This document shows positions 1 to 9,519 of a DNA stretch of 64,000 bases, piece after piece. The stretch covers positions 547 through 64,546 of the forward strand of contig DASTIE010000177.1 of assembly GCA_035717865.1 (NCBI GenBank). Reading direction: 5' to 3'. A program made the translations under genes and the position numbers. The DNA comes from Candidatus Limnocylindrales bacterium (GTDB lineage: Bacteria; Chloroflexota; Limnocylindria; Limnocylindrales; CSP1-4). Below the pieces are notes generated by a model that was not told where the DNA came from, searched no databases, and was given only the letters and a program-made list of their open reading frames with translations. The stretch's first letter is position 1, and every line of letters starts with the position of its first letter.

Positions 1-1965
1 CGGCTGGTGACGCTGGTGGGGGTCGGGGGTGTGGGCAAGACGCGCCTCGCGCTGGAGGCCGCAGGAATCGCGCTCCATGACACCGCCGACGCGCTGGCCT
101 TCGTCGATCTGGCGGCGCTGTCCGATCCGGCAAGCCTCCCGGGCCAGGTCTCGGCGTCGCTCGGCCTTCGCGACGCGCCGCAGGCATCCCTCGGCGAGTC
201 GCTCACGGAGCGCTTCGGCGCGTCGAACGTGCTGCTCCTGCTGGACAACTGCGAGCACCTCCGCGATGCGACCGCCGAGCTCGCGCAGGGACTGCTGAGG
301 AGCTCGCCGGACCTCCGGATCCTCGCCACGAGCCGGGAGGTGCTCGGCGTCGCGGGCGAGGCGCCCTACCCCGTCTCGCCGCTGGCGCTTCCCGGACCGC
401 AGGAGGATCCCGGCGCCGCCCGGAGCAGCGATGCAGTCCGGCTTCTGCTCGACCGCGCGACGCTCACGCGACACGACCTGCGCCTCGACGAAGCTGCCTT
501 TGCCGCCGCGGCGCGGATCTGCCAGGAGCTGGAGGGCCTGCCGCTGGCGATCGAGCTCGCGGCCGCGCGTGCCCGGGCGCTGTCGCTCGACGAGATCGCG
601 CTTCGGCTGCGCGACAGGTTCCAGTTCCTCGTCGCGTGGCGGCGGCTCAGTGCCGCGCGACACCAGACGCTTCGCGAGGCGATGGACTGGAGCTTCGAGC
701 TGCTTCGCCCGGATGAGCAGCAGCTCCTCGCCCGCCTGTCGGTGTTCCCGGCGGGTGCGACGCTCGCCTCCATCAGCGCGGTCTGTCTCGACGGCGATGA
801 AGCCGACGCCGAGGCCGAGCGCCTCGTGGAACGGCTGGTCGACGCCTCGCTGCTGACGCCCGTGTACGCGACGACCGGCACCCGCTACCGATTGCTCGAA
901 ACGGTGCGGCAGTATGCCGCGGAGCGCCTGCCGGCCGCAGAGCTGCTCGCGCTCCAGCGGCGGCACGCGGACCGCGTCCGGGTCATCGCGGAGTCAGCGA
1001 ACCTGGGACTGGAATCCGCCAGCCATGACAGCCACTTCGACGTTGCGCGAGACGAGGTGCCGTCCATCCGCGCGGCGATCCAATGGGCGGACGAGCATGA
1101 CCCCGCCATCGGCGTCCGGATCGCGACCGCGCTGGAGCGGTTCTGGGCCTTGACCCGTGCCCGCGAGGGCATCGCCGTCTTCGACCGCCTCCTCGCGCAC
1201 GAGGACCTCCCGGAAGCACCGCGAGCTGCAGCATTTCGCGCTCGCGGCGGCTCCCGCTACGCCTCCGGTGACTTCGCCGGCGGTATCGGGGACTACGAGC
1301 GGGCGCTCGCCATTCACCGCCGGCTCGGCCAGTCGGCGCATGCGGCGCACCTGACGATGCGGCTGGCAATGGAGGCCCAACGTGTCGGCGCCACCGCCCG
1401 TGCCAAGCAGCTGCTGGACGAAGCGGCGCGGATCGGTGCGAACGGGCGGTTCCCGCCGGACGAGTACGCCGGGATGGCCCTGGAATCCGACCTGGCATTC
1501 GACGCCGGCAGGGACGACGAGGGCTTCGAGCTCCTTGCGCGCGCGGGTGCCCGCGCCGCGGCGGCCGGGGACATCTTCTGGCATCTCAGCTCCCTGCTGA
1601 CCACGGCCGAACGGGACCTGGCCCGGGACCGCGTGGCCGACGCCGGTGCCCCGGCGCTCGAGGCGCTCCGCCTGGCACAGCAGATCGAGGATCGCCAGAC
1701 GATCGTCTGGTCGCTGGCGGTGCTCGCCCAGGTCGCGGCCGCGTCGGGCGCCCAGCAGCTGGCCGGTCGACTGTGGGGCGGGCTGGAGGCCGAGGTGGAG
1801 CGAGGCGGGCACGTCGGCCAATGGGAGGGCGAGGAGGCAACCTACCGCGAGCGGGTGCTTGCTCTCGCCGGGGATGGGTTCGACGCGGGCGTCGCGAAGG
1901 GCCGCTCGATGTCGCTCGGCGAGGTGCTCGCCGAGGCCGAGGCCGGGGCCGACAGCACCACCTGA
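1..1965 (+). CDS. SARP/AfsR-family transcriptional regulator, C-terminal part (NB-ARC ATPase + TPR); 5' end lies outside the window
   Basis: The frame is open from nt 1. P-loop GVGGVGKTRLA at the N-terminus of the fragment, followed by an NB-ARC-like region and TPR-like helical repeats. Paralogous to the C-terminal two thirds of the 23702-26506 protein (LDNCEH..LRILATSR..EGLPLAIELAAAR motifs shared). Confidence 0.7.
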   Translation, partial: RLVTLVGVGGVGKTRLALEAAGIALHDTADALAFVDLAALSDPASLPGQVSASLGLRDAPQASLGESLTERFGASNVLLLLDNCEHLRDATAELAQGLLRSSPDLRILATSREVLGVAGEAPYPVSPLALPGPQEDPGAARSSDAVRLLLDRATLTRHDLRLDEAAFAAAARICQELEGLPLAIELAAARARALSLDEIALRLRDRFQFLVAWRRLSAARHQTLREAMDWSFELLRPDEQQLLARLSVFPAGATLASISAVCLDGDEADAEAERLVERLVDASLLTPVYATTGTRYRLLETVRQYAAERLPAAELLALQRRHADRVRVIAESANLGLESASHDSHFDVARDEVPSIRAAIQWADEHDPAIGVRIATALERFWALTRAREGIAVFDRLLAHEDLPEAPRAAAFRARGGSRYASGDFAGGIGDYERALAIHRRLGQSAHAAHLTMRLAMEAQRVGATARAKQLLDEAARIGANGRFPPDEYAGMALESDLAFDAGRDDEGFELLARAGARAAAAGDIFWHLSSLLTTAERDLARDRVADAGAPALEALRLAQQIEDRQTIVWSLAVLAQVAAASGAQQLAGRLWGGLEAEVERGGHVGQWEGEEATYRERVLALAGDGFDAGVAKGRSMSLGEVLAEAEAGADSTT

Positions 1966-2004
1966 GAGCGCGGGCCGCGCCCGATTCCGGCCCCGCTTGG
2001 GCCA

Positions 2005-2021
2005 TGCCACAAGGATGCAAC
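2005..2021 (+). promoter_or_regulatory. Motif copy 1, TGCCACAAGGATGCAAC, 66 nt upstream of the lipoprotein start at 2088
   Basis: Most divergent member of the 8-copy motif family described in the findings. Confidence 0.35.
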
Positions 2022-2087
2022 GCAGTTCCCGGACCCTCCGCTCGACCGACGCGGAGCGGTACCGCGTCATCGCGCAGGAGACCGGCG

Positions 2088-2552
2088 ATGCGATTGCACA
2101 TGCTCGGGTTGCTTGCTGTCACGGCGCTGTCACTCGCCGCGTGCGCACAGGCCGGCGCCCCAGCCACGACGGCACCGTCCATGCCGGCGGCTGCGTCCGC
2201 GCTCGCGGCGCCGACGGCGTCCCCGCTCCCGACGCCCGTCCCCACGCTGCTCAACCCGGCGCCGCCGGAGATGCTCGGCAAGTGGATGACCGAGTTCGCG
2301 GAGGGCGACATCGGGACGATCACGATCTCGCCGACGGGCATTCGGATCAAGCGCTTCGCCAGCGCGGACGTGCGGCTCGAGGTGTTCGGCGACGAGCTGG
2401 TGCTGTCGCACAGCCAGCTGTGCACCGGCGAGGGCCGCTACCGCTGGTCGATCGAGGGCGACGAGCTCCGCTTCGACTCGATCGAGCCGGACGCCTGCGA
2501 CGGGCGAGCCAAGACCTTCAACGGCGTGACCTTCACGCGCGTTCCCGCCTGA
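2088..2552 (+). CDS. Small secreted lipoprotein (hypothetical)
   Basis: MRLHMLGLLAVTALSLAACAQ carries a signal peptide and lipobox (LAAC). It is followed by an Ala/Pro-rich linker and a ~100 aa domain. The ORF-track start at 1773 is an upstream in-frame extension. Confidence 0.6.
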   Translation: MRLHMLGLLAVTALSLAACAQAGAPATTAPSMPAAASALAAPTASPLPTPVPTLLNPAPPEMLGKWMTEFAEGDIGTITISPTGIRIKRFASADVRLEVFGDELVLSHSQLCTGEGRYRWSIEGDELRFDSIEPDACDGRAKTFNGVTFTRVPA

Positions 2553-2564
2553 GCGCCGCGTCCG

Positions 2565-2581
2565 TGCCACAGATCTGCAAT
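2565..2581 (+). promoter_or_regulatory. Motif copy 2, TGCCACAGATCTGCAAT, 60 nt upstream of the GTG at 2642
   Basis: Member of the 8-copy motif family; variant ending GCAAT. Confidence 0.35.
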
Positions 2582-2641
2582 GAGGATGACCGACGCTTCA
2601 CGACGAGCCACCTCGGCTCGAACACATGGGAGGACCAGCTG

Positions 2642-3916
2642 GTGACGAAGCCACCCGCAATCGTGCGGCGAGAGCACCGCGGCTCGAGCCGCAAGGCATT
2701 GCTCGTTGCCGCCGTCAGTGCCCTCATCGCCGGCGGCATGCCGGCGACTGTCTCAGCGGATACGGCGCCGACGCTCGCCTCCCTCAGCCCGGACACCGTG
2801 AGCGCGAGCGCCGAAGGGCTCGTGCTGCTCGTGAGCGGCGACGGAATCGGCACGAGCTCGTTGCTGCAGTGGCGTGGCGTCGACCATCCGATCACGTTCC
2901 TGGCGGACGTCGGATCGGACGGCGGTACCCTCGGCTCCCTCATCCCGGCCTCGGAGCTCGCCATCAGCGAGGCGTTCCTCACGGTCTCCGTCACCGTCTC
3001 CACGGGCGGCGCCGTGTCCAACCCGCGGCCGGTGACGATCATCGGATCGGGGGTCAGCTCCGCGAGCAGCGCGATCGTCGGTTTCGGAGGGACCGCCACG
3101 GTTGCCACGCCGCGGCTGACCGCGACATACACGCGGGCCGCTGCAGGCTTCGGCACGCTGACGGCCGCGGACTACCTCGTCCCCAGCAGCCCGCCGATCA
3201 TCCCGAGCCCGCCGCCGATCTTCCCCGTCGCGTACGTCGACCTGCAGCTGCTGAATGCCGGCCCTGGCGATTCGCTGGTTGGGACGTTCGTGCCCCCGAA
3301 CCCGATCCTGCCGCCCAACCCCGTCCTGCCGCCGAACCCGATCCTGCCGCCGAGCCCGATCCGTCTTGCGTACTGGACCGGCTCGTCGTGGGATGCCGTC
3401 CTCGGCAGCGGAGGAATCGCGCCGGTCCTGTCGTTCGACGGCGCGACGATGACCGCCACATCCGCCACGGTCACCTTCGACCTCACCAGCGCGCCGCAGA
3501 TCGGTGCGCTCGGCGGCACCGTGTTCGCCTTCGTGACGGCCTACGCCTTCGAGGGGTTCTCGGCGCCGATCGATACCCACTCCACGAACGTCGCGCGCGC
3601 CGGACGAACGATCCCGGCGAAGTGGCTGGTCTACGACCTCGCCGGCAATCCGGTCGAGGGACTGGACCCTGCGACGGTGCAGCTCACCTCGGTTCGCGTC
3701 GACTGCGGCGCCGTCACGGGCGGAAGCGATCCGGTCGAGGCGTACGCATCCGGCTCGTCCGGGCTCATCGAGATGGGCGGCGGGGCCTACCAGTGGAACT
3801 GGGCCACGGAGAAGAGCTGGGCCGGCACCTGCCGGCGGCTGCGGCTGGACCTCGGCGATCGCAACCCGGACGGGACGCCGATCTACCGGACGGCCGACTT
3901 CGAGTTCACGCGGTAA
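2642..3916 (+). CDS. Secreted protein with PxNP(I/V)LPP heptad repeats (hypothetical)
   Basis: A GTG start at 2642 is preceded by GGGAGGA. VTKPPAIVRREHRGSSRKALLVAAVSALIAGGMPATVSA is a plausible signal peptide. Repeats ILPPNPVLPPNPILPPSPI occur at nt ~3295-3365. The long upstream in-frame extension to 1646 overlaps the neighbouring genes and is rejected. Confidence 0.55.
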   Translation: MTKPPAIVRREHRGSSRKALLVAAVSALIAGGMPATVSADTAPTLASLSPDTVSASAEGLVLLVSGDGIGTSSLLQWRGVDHPITFLADVGSDGGTLGSLIPASELAISEAFLTVSVTVSTGGAVSNPRPVTIIGSGVSSASSAIVGFGGTATVATPRLTATYTRAAAGFGTLTAADYLVPSSPPIIPSPPPIFPVAYVDLQLLNAGPGDSLVGTFVPPNPILPPNPVLPPNPILPPSPIRLAYWTGSSWDAVLGSGGIAPVLSFDGATMTATSATVTFDLTSAPQIGALGGTVFAFVTAYAFEGFSAPIDTHSTNVARAGRTIPAKWLVYDLAGNPVEGLDPATVQLTSVRVDCGAVTGGSDPVEAYASGSSGLIEMGGGAYQWNWATEKSWAGTCRRLRLDLGDRNPDGTPIYRTADFEFTR

Positions 3917-5458
3917 CGCCGGCGCCGGCCTCTTCCCGCGGACTTGCCCCTGCGTTCGATGCCCGGGTCGCCTCGCCGTACACGCCGCGCTGGCGCGGCG
4001 GGAGCAGCGCGGCGATCCGGGCCATGATCAGGCGGGTGGCGGCCTCGGTCGCCCGGCGGCCCTTCGTCGGCTGGCCGGTCGCCTCGAGCTCCTCGGGGAC
4101 CTTGAACGGCGTTCCGTAGCGGACCACCACGCGCTTGCCGGACTTCGGCAGGAGGCTGCCCTTCGGCCAGAGGCGGTCGCTGTCGACGACCGCCACGGGC
4201 AGCACCGGCGCGCCGCTCCGGAGCGCGAGCATCCCGGCGCCCTCGCGGACCGACTGCAGCGCTCCGTCCCGGCTGCGCGTGCCCTCCGGAAAGATGGCCA
4301 GCACCTGGCCGGCATCGAGGATCCGCATCGCCGAGCGGAACGCCTCCAGGTCGGCCGCCTCGCGATCGACGGGGTGGATCGCGGCGGCACGGAACGCCCA
4401 GCCCGCGGGCGGCCACTCCACGAGCTCGCGCTTGCCGAGCCAGTTCAGCGGCCGGTCGATGTCCTGGCTGAGGAACGAGGTGATGAGCACGGGGTCCGCG
4501 CTGGAGGCGTGGTTGGACGCGACGATCAACGGCCCAGTGCGCGGGATGGCGTCGAGATCGCCCTCGGATCGGAACCTCGCGATTCCCCGAACGATCGCGC
4601 GCAGCGCGACGTTGCCGAGGCGGTACAGCCAGCTCCGGCCGGTCGCGATGGGCGTCGCGCGCATTGGCTTGCGCTCCGTCCCCGCTCGGCGCGGGCGATC
4701 CGCTTTGGGAGAGGCTGCCCCCTGGTCAGGATCACGCGTGTCCTCGGTCGCCGCGGCGGGCCCGGGCCGGCGCTCTGTGGCCTGGTCCTCCTCGGTGCGC
4801 CGGATGACTTCGACGACCTCGGCCACCGTCTTCTCGAACGTGTTGCCGTCTGTGTGCAGGACCACCGCGTCCGCCGCCTGGCGAAGCGGCGCCACCTCGC
4901 GGGTCGAGTCGAGCCGGTCCCGCCGCCGAAGCTCCTCCAGGATCTCGCGCCCTTTCCGCCCGGCTGGGTCGACACCCCGCTCAACCGCCCGCCGCCGGGC
5001 CCGCTCCTCGACCGAGGCGTCGAGGAAGAGCTTCAGGTCGGCGTCCGGGAGCACGATCGTCCCGACGTCGCGCCCGGCCATGATGATCCGGCCCCGCAGC
5101 GCCAGCGCCCGCTGCCGCTCGAGCAGCGACAGCCGCAGCTCCGCGACCGCCGAGTACGCGGAGACGGCGACGTCCACGTCCGGCAATCGCACGTCGCCCG
5201 TCCGGTCGACGCCGTCGATCGCGACGTGCGCCAGCCGGCCGTCGCCGACGTCGAGCAGCTCGATCTCGCGGACCAGTGGGACCAGTCGTTCGTGCGCCGA
5301 CGCGGCGATGCCGCGATGGAGCGCGAGCCAGGTCACGGCGCGATACAGCAGACCGGTGTCGCAGAACCGGTAGCCGAGCTCCTTGGCCGCCGCGGCCCCG
5401 ACGCTGCTCTTGCCCGACGACGCAGGCCCGTCGAGGGCAACGACGAGGCTCTCTCGGG
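3906..5458 (-). CDS. cmk: Bifunctional cytidylate kinase / 1-acyl-sn-glycerol-3-phosphate acyltransferase (cmk-plsC fusion)
   Basis: The N-terminal half has the CMP kinase P-loop LVVALDGPASSGKSSV and a TGLLYRA motif. A ~60 aa Pro/Asp/Arg linker follows. The C-terminal half has acyltransferase motifs NHASSAD (HxxxxD) and FPEGTRS. It is one continuous ORF. The start is chosen as the GTG at 5458 because GGAGGA lies 4 nt upstream; the ORF-track start at 5774 would run through the intergenic motif. Confidence 0.75.
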
Positions 5459-5538
5459 CCTCTCTCACGGTTCCTCCGGCGTCCGGCACATGGCCGCGAG
5501 CATAGCCGGGGCCCCGCCGCCGTTCGGTGCGGCGCCGT

Positions 5539-5555
5539 TGCCACGGGATTGCAAC
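5539..5555 (+). promoter_or_regulatory. Motif copy 3, TGCCACGGGATTGCAAC (extends to the dyad GTTGC-N9-GCAAC), 55 nt upstream of the ATG at 5611
   Basis: Lies in the cmk / Gly-rich gene intergenic region and is oriented toward the + strand gene. Confidence 0.45.
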
Positions 5556-5610
5556 AGCCATCGGAGACCCTTCGCAGCATGAGCCGTATGCCCGCCCGGA
5601 GGACCGCAGG

Positions 5611-6981
5611 ATGAACCGCAGAAGCAGCTCCGCGCAGCGGCGGCTTGCCGTCGTGACCGTTGCGGGACTCATGGCGCTCGCGCCCGCGCCGTCGGCCTTC
5701 GCAACGGAGCAGGTCACCTTCTCCACGACCGGCGCCGAGCAGACGTGGATCGTCCCCAGCGGCGTCTCAGCCATTCACGTCGTCCTGATCGGGGGCCGAG
5801 GTGGCGATGCGGTGAGCGGCAGCGGCTTCGGCCACGCGGTTTCGGGCGACCTCGCGGTGACAGCGGGCATGACCCTCTACGTTGAAGTGGGCGGCAATGG
5901 AGCCAACTCGATCGGGCTCCCAGGAGCAGCGGGCGGATTCAACGGCGGCGGCGCGGGCGGCTCGGGCACGGGCAATGCCGGAGCGGGCGGTGGCGGCGCC
6001 AGCGATATCCGGACCGTGAGCGACACGGCTCCTGACACCCTTGATTCCCGCCTCATCGTCGCGGGCGGCGGCGGCGGTCGCGGCGGCGGTGCCGGGGCGG
6101 GCGCCGGCCTGGGAGGATCCGCCGGTGCGGCGGGCGGCGATGGACCCTCGACGTTCGGGTCACCCGGACTCGGCGGTGGAGCAGGAACAAGCTCGGCCGG
6201 CGGTGCGGGAGGAGCGGCCGGCGGTACGAGCGACAGTGCCGGGACCGACGGCGCGGAGGGGTCGGGCGGCACGGGAGGCAATCAGACAACCGGCACCGTG
6301 GGCAACAACGGTGGTGGTGGTGGCGGCGGTGGCGGCGGGTTCCACGGCGGCGGCGGCGGCGGAGCCGGTGCAGGTGGTGGTGGCGGCGGCGGTGGTGGGT
6401 CGAGCTACGTCGGCGCAGCCACGGGGGCATTCATCTCGCCAGACACGGCGGGCGTCCCGTCGATCACGATCAGCTATGAGGTCGGTCCGGATACGCCGCC
6501 CGATCCGACGCCGGGCGGCGACACCGGCACCGTTGACGCGGCGATCTCCATGGCCGACGCCGCGCTCTGTCTCGAGCTCTCGACGACGAGCATCGACTTC
6601 GGCGATCGGCAGTTCGGCGACGAGGGCGTCCGGGGGACTCCGGACCTGAACGTCACGAACTGCGGAGAGATGCCGACGACGCTGCTCGCGCGAGGAACGG
6701 ACGCCTCCGCGACGGATGCCTCATGGAACCTCGTGAAGAACAACGCCACGTGCGATGACACGCTCGGCATCGACAACTACCACCTGGCTCTCCAGGAGGG
6801 CGTGTCGGGCAGCACGGCCGTGTGGCAGCTCGGCACGTCGAACACGGAGCTCCTTGAGGTGCCTGCCGGGATCTTCGCGCCCTTCTGGCCGACGATCGAT
6901 GCCGCCTGTCCGGGCAGCTCCGGTGGCGGCCAGGAGATGGAGATGCAGATCGTGTTCGTGGCGACGGAGCCTGCGCCGTGA
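5611..6981 (+). CDS. Secreted glycine-rich protein (ALK/LTK-type glycine-rich domain family-like)
   Basis: The ATG at 5611 is preceded by GGAGGA. MNRRSSSAQRRLAVVTVAGLMALAPAPSAFA is a signal peptide. The EQTWIVPSGVSAIHVVLIGGRGGDA..G-rich pattern is present, with long poly-Gly tracts. A non-repetitive C-terminal domain follows. Confidence 0.65.
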   Translation: MNRRSSSAQRRLAVVTVAGLMALAPAPSAFATEQVTFSTTGAEQTWIVPSGVSAIHVVLIGGRGGDAVSGSGFGHAVSGDLAVTAGMTLYVEVGGNGANSIGLPGAAGGFNGGGAGGSGTGNAGAGGGGASDIRTVSDTAPDTLDSRLIVAGGGGGRGGGAGAGAGLGGSAGAAGGDGPSTFGSPGLGGGAGTSSAGGAGGAAGGTSDSAGTDGAEGSGGTGGNQTTGTVGNNGGGGGGGGGGFHGGGGGGAGAGGGGGGGGGSSYVGAATGAFISPDTAGVPSITISYEVGPDTPPDPTPGGDTGTVDAAISMADAALCLELSTTSIDFGDRQFGDEGVRGTPDLNVTNCGEMPTTLLARGTDASATDASWNLVKNNATCDDTLGIDNYHLALQEGVSGSTAVWQLGTSNTELLEVPAGIFAPFWPTIDAACPGSSGGGQEMEMQIVFVATEPAP

Positions 6982-7034
6982 TCGATCGTCGCACCTTGTC
7001 ATCCGGCCCCGCGGCCGCCCAGGCGCTCGGATCG

Positions 7035-7057
7035 CTATTGCGCACTTGCTCAATTAG
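7035..7057 (+). promoter_or_regulatory. Putative TetR-type operator CTATTG-N10-CAATTAG overlapping the pot operon promoter
   Basis: Near-identical to the perfect palindrome CTATTG-N10-CAATAG at 19072-19093. It is followed by TAGGGT ~15 nt before the potA start. Confidence 0.45.
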
Positions 7058-7074
7058 GGTACTCTCGGCGGGTC

Positions 7075-8244
7075 GTGATGCTCGCGCAGGCGCCTCAGGG
7101 CGACGTCAGGGCTGACCACCGGCCGGAGCCCCAGCCGGAGATCGCGCTCGATCGACTGACCAAGCGGTTCGGCGATGTGGTGGCGGTCGACGACATCTCC
7201 CTGACCATCCGCAGCGGCGAGTTCTTCTCGCTGCTGGGACCGTCCGGCTGCGGCAAGACGACGACGCTCCGGATGATCGGCGGCTTCGACCTGCCGAGCA
7301 GCGGACGGATCGACCTGCGGGGCCGCGACGTGACCCGGGAGCCGCCGGACAAGCGCCCGGTCAACATGGTCTTCCAGAGCTACGCCCTGTTCCCGCACCT
7401 CGACGTCGCGGGCAACATCGCCTTCGGGCTGAAGCGGCGCGGCGTGGACGCCGCGGAGATACGACGTCGCACGGGCGAGATCCTCGAGAAGGTCCACCTG
7501 CCGGGCTACGAGAAGCGGCGCACCAACCAGCTCTCGGGCGGGCAGCCGCAGCGCGTCGCGCTCGCGCGGGCGCTCGTGAACGAGCCCAACGTGCTCCTCC
7601 TGGACGAGCCGCTCGGAGCGCTGGACCTGAAGCTCCGCAAGCGCCTCCAGCTGGAGCTGAAGCGGATCCAGATGGCCGTCGGGATCACCTTCGTCTACGT
7701 GACTCACGACCAGGAGGAGGCGCTCACGATGAGCGACCGGATCGCGGTCATGCATCGCGGGAAGGTCGAGCAGGTCGGGACGCCGGAGGACCTCTACGAC
7801 CGGCCGCGGACGCCGTTCGTTGCCGACTTCATCGGCACGACGAACCTGCTGGCCGGCACGGTGACGGCCCTGCGCGACGGCGAATCCCTGATCCGCCTCG
7901 ACTCCGGCGACACATGTATCGCGGGCGCCGAGCGCTGCGTTCCGGGGCAGTCGATTCAGTTCAGCGTGCGTCCCGAGGCGATCCGGGTCGAGCGAGCGGA
8001 GGACCGCCCGGCCGACGTGTCGGGGGGCAACCGGAGCCGGCTGCTCGGCGCAATCGAGCAGGTCGCCTACCTCGGGTCGGCCGTCCAGTACCACATTCGA
8101 ACGGAAGGAGGCCTCGGCGTGTCGGTGCTCACATCCAGGTCGGGCCCGAGATTCGAATCCGGCAGCAAGGTCGTGCTTGCTTGGTCGCCTGCCGATGCCC
8201 TGATCCTGGGCGATCGGTCCAGCGAGATGGAGGATGCGTCATGA
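7075..8244 (+). CDS. potA: Spermidine/putrescine-type ABC transporter ATP-binding protein
   Basis: Walker A GPSGCGKTT, ABC signature LSGGQ, Walker B LLLDEP, and a C-terminal TOBE-like regulatory domain. Confidence 0.85.
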   Translation: MMLAQAPQGDVRADHRPEPQPEIALDRLTKRFGDVVAVDDISLTIRSGEFFSLLGPSGCGKTTTLRMIGGFDLPSSGRIDLRGRDVTREPPDKRPVNMVFQSYALFPHLDVAGNIAFGLKRRGVDAAEIRRRTGEILEKVHLPGYEKRRTNQLSGGQPQRVALARALVNEPNVLLLDEPLGALDLKLRKRLQLELKRIQMAVGITFVYVTHDQEEALTMSDRIAVMHRGKVEQVGTPEDLYDRPRTPFVADFIGTTNLLAGTVTALRDGESLIRLDSGDTCIAGAERCVPGQSIQFSVRPEAIRVERAEDRPADVSGGNRSRLLGAIEQVAYLGSAVQYHIRTEGGLGVSVLTSRSGPRFESGSKVVLAWSPADALILGDRSSEMEDAS

Positions 8245-9473
8245 CCGGAGACAGCAGGACGCCAGGGCGAGAGACGCCGTTCGACCTCGCGCTCGGGAAG
8301 CGCCTCACGGAGGCGCAATGGACCCGACGCGAGTTCATGGCGCGGGTCGCCGCGTTCGGGCTCACCGCGGCGCTCACCCAGCTCCTGGTCGCGTGCGGCC
8401 AGGCCGGCGCCAGCCCGTCGGCAGCCCCCGCGACGGCGACACCCGCGCCGGCCGGGACGATCGCCGCCGTCGCGACGCCGACGGCCGCACCCACGCCGAT
8501 CCCCGATCCGGAGCCGGAGCTCAACGTCTACAACTGGCTGGACTACATCGGCGACGGCGTCATCGAGTCGTTCGAGGAGAAGTACCCCGTCAAGGTCAAC
8601 TACGAGCTGTTCGACGACATCTACGCCGCGTACGAGAAGCTCGGTGACGACGGCAACGGCTACGACGTGTCCTTCCCGATCGGGGTCGACGTGCCCTCGT
8701 TCCGCGAGGCCGGCACGCTCCTGAAGCTCGACCAGTCGCTGATCCCGAACCTCGCCAACCTGGGACCCGAATGGTCGAACCCGGGCTACGACCCGGGCAA
8801 CCAGTACTCGGTCCCGTATGTCTGGTGGACGACGGGCATCGGCTACGACACGACCCGCCTGGAGGAGGTCCCCACGAGCTCCAACGTTCTGTGGGACCCG
8901 CGCTACAGGAACCACATCTCGCTCATGGACGACTACCAGGAGACGATGGGCCTGACCCTCATCCAGAAGGGCTTCTCTGCGAACACGACGGATCCAGCCG
9001 AGCTGGACCAGGCGATCGCGCGTCTGACCGAGGGCAAGCCGATCGTCCGGACCTGGACGAACGACACCATCTCGGCGATGACCGGCGGGGACATCTGGGT
9101 CGGCATGATCTGGGGCTCGGACCTGTACCAGATCTCGCTCGAGAACGAGAACATCGCGTACTTCATCCCGCAGGAGGGTGGCGTGCGAGGCTCGGACACG
9201 ATGGCGATCTACTCAGGGGCCGAGCATCCCATCGCGGCCCATCTGTTCATCAACCACATGCTCGACGCGCAGGTCAGCGCGGCGAACACGAACTTCATCG
9301 GCTACATGGGCCCGAACCTCGCGGCACAGGAGTTCATCGACGAGGCCATCCTCAACGACCCCGCGGTGAACCCGGACAAGGCGATCCTCGACAAGCTCGA
9401 GGAGCTGCTGGACCTGCCCAACGACGTCGACAAGCTGTACCTGGACCGCTGGCAGGCGTACCGGGCCGGCTGA
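8241..9473 (+). CDS. ABC transporter periplasmic substrate-binding lipoprotein (PotD/PotF-like)
   Basis: ATGA overlap with the potA stop. Signal peptide with lipobox (LLVACG), an Ala/Pro-rich linker, and a PotD-family SBP fold (YNWLDYIGD, WVGMIWGSDL). Confidence 0.8.
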   Translation: MTGDSRTPGRETPFDLALGKRLTEAQWTRREFMARVAAFGLTAALTQLLVACGQAGASPSAAPATATPAPAGTIAAVATPTAAPTPIPDPEPELNVYNWLDYIGDGVIESFEEKYPVKVNYELFDDIYAAYEKLGDDGNGYDVSFPIGVDVPSFREAGTLLKLDQSLIPNLANLGPEWSNPGYDPGNQYSVPYVWWTTGIGYDTTRLEEVPTSSNVLWDPRYRNHISLMDDYQETMGLTLIQKGFSANTTDPAELDQAIARLTEGKPIVRTWTNDTISAMTGGDIWVGMIWGSDLYQISLENENIAYFIPQEGGVRGSDTMAIYSGAEHPIAAHLFINHMLDAQVSAANTNFIGYMGPNLAAQEFIDEAILNDPAVNPDKAILDKLEELLDLPNDVDKLYLDRWQAYRAG

Positions 9474-9519
9474 CGTTGCGGCGCCGATCGACGAGCCATT
9501 CGCACGACCTCGCCGCTCG

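Noticed and set aside
994-2070. 358-aa antisense ORF overlapping the partial SARP gene
   Set aside because: No recognisable domains. It lies opposite a gene with clear NB-ARC/TPR homology. This is the typical GC-rich antisense open frame.
6040-6430. GGC/GCC repeat-rich stretch as a possible CRISPR or minisatellite
   Set aside because: No regular repeat-spacer structure. It is coding low-complexity poly-Gly inside the Gly-rich protein gene.
5611-6981. PE-PGRS-like identity for the Gly-rich protein
   Set aside because: No PE domain is present. It has a Sec signal peptide and a different N-terminal domain. Only the Gly-rich low complexity is shared.
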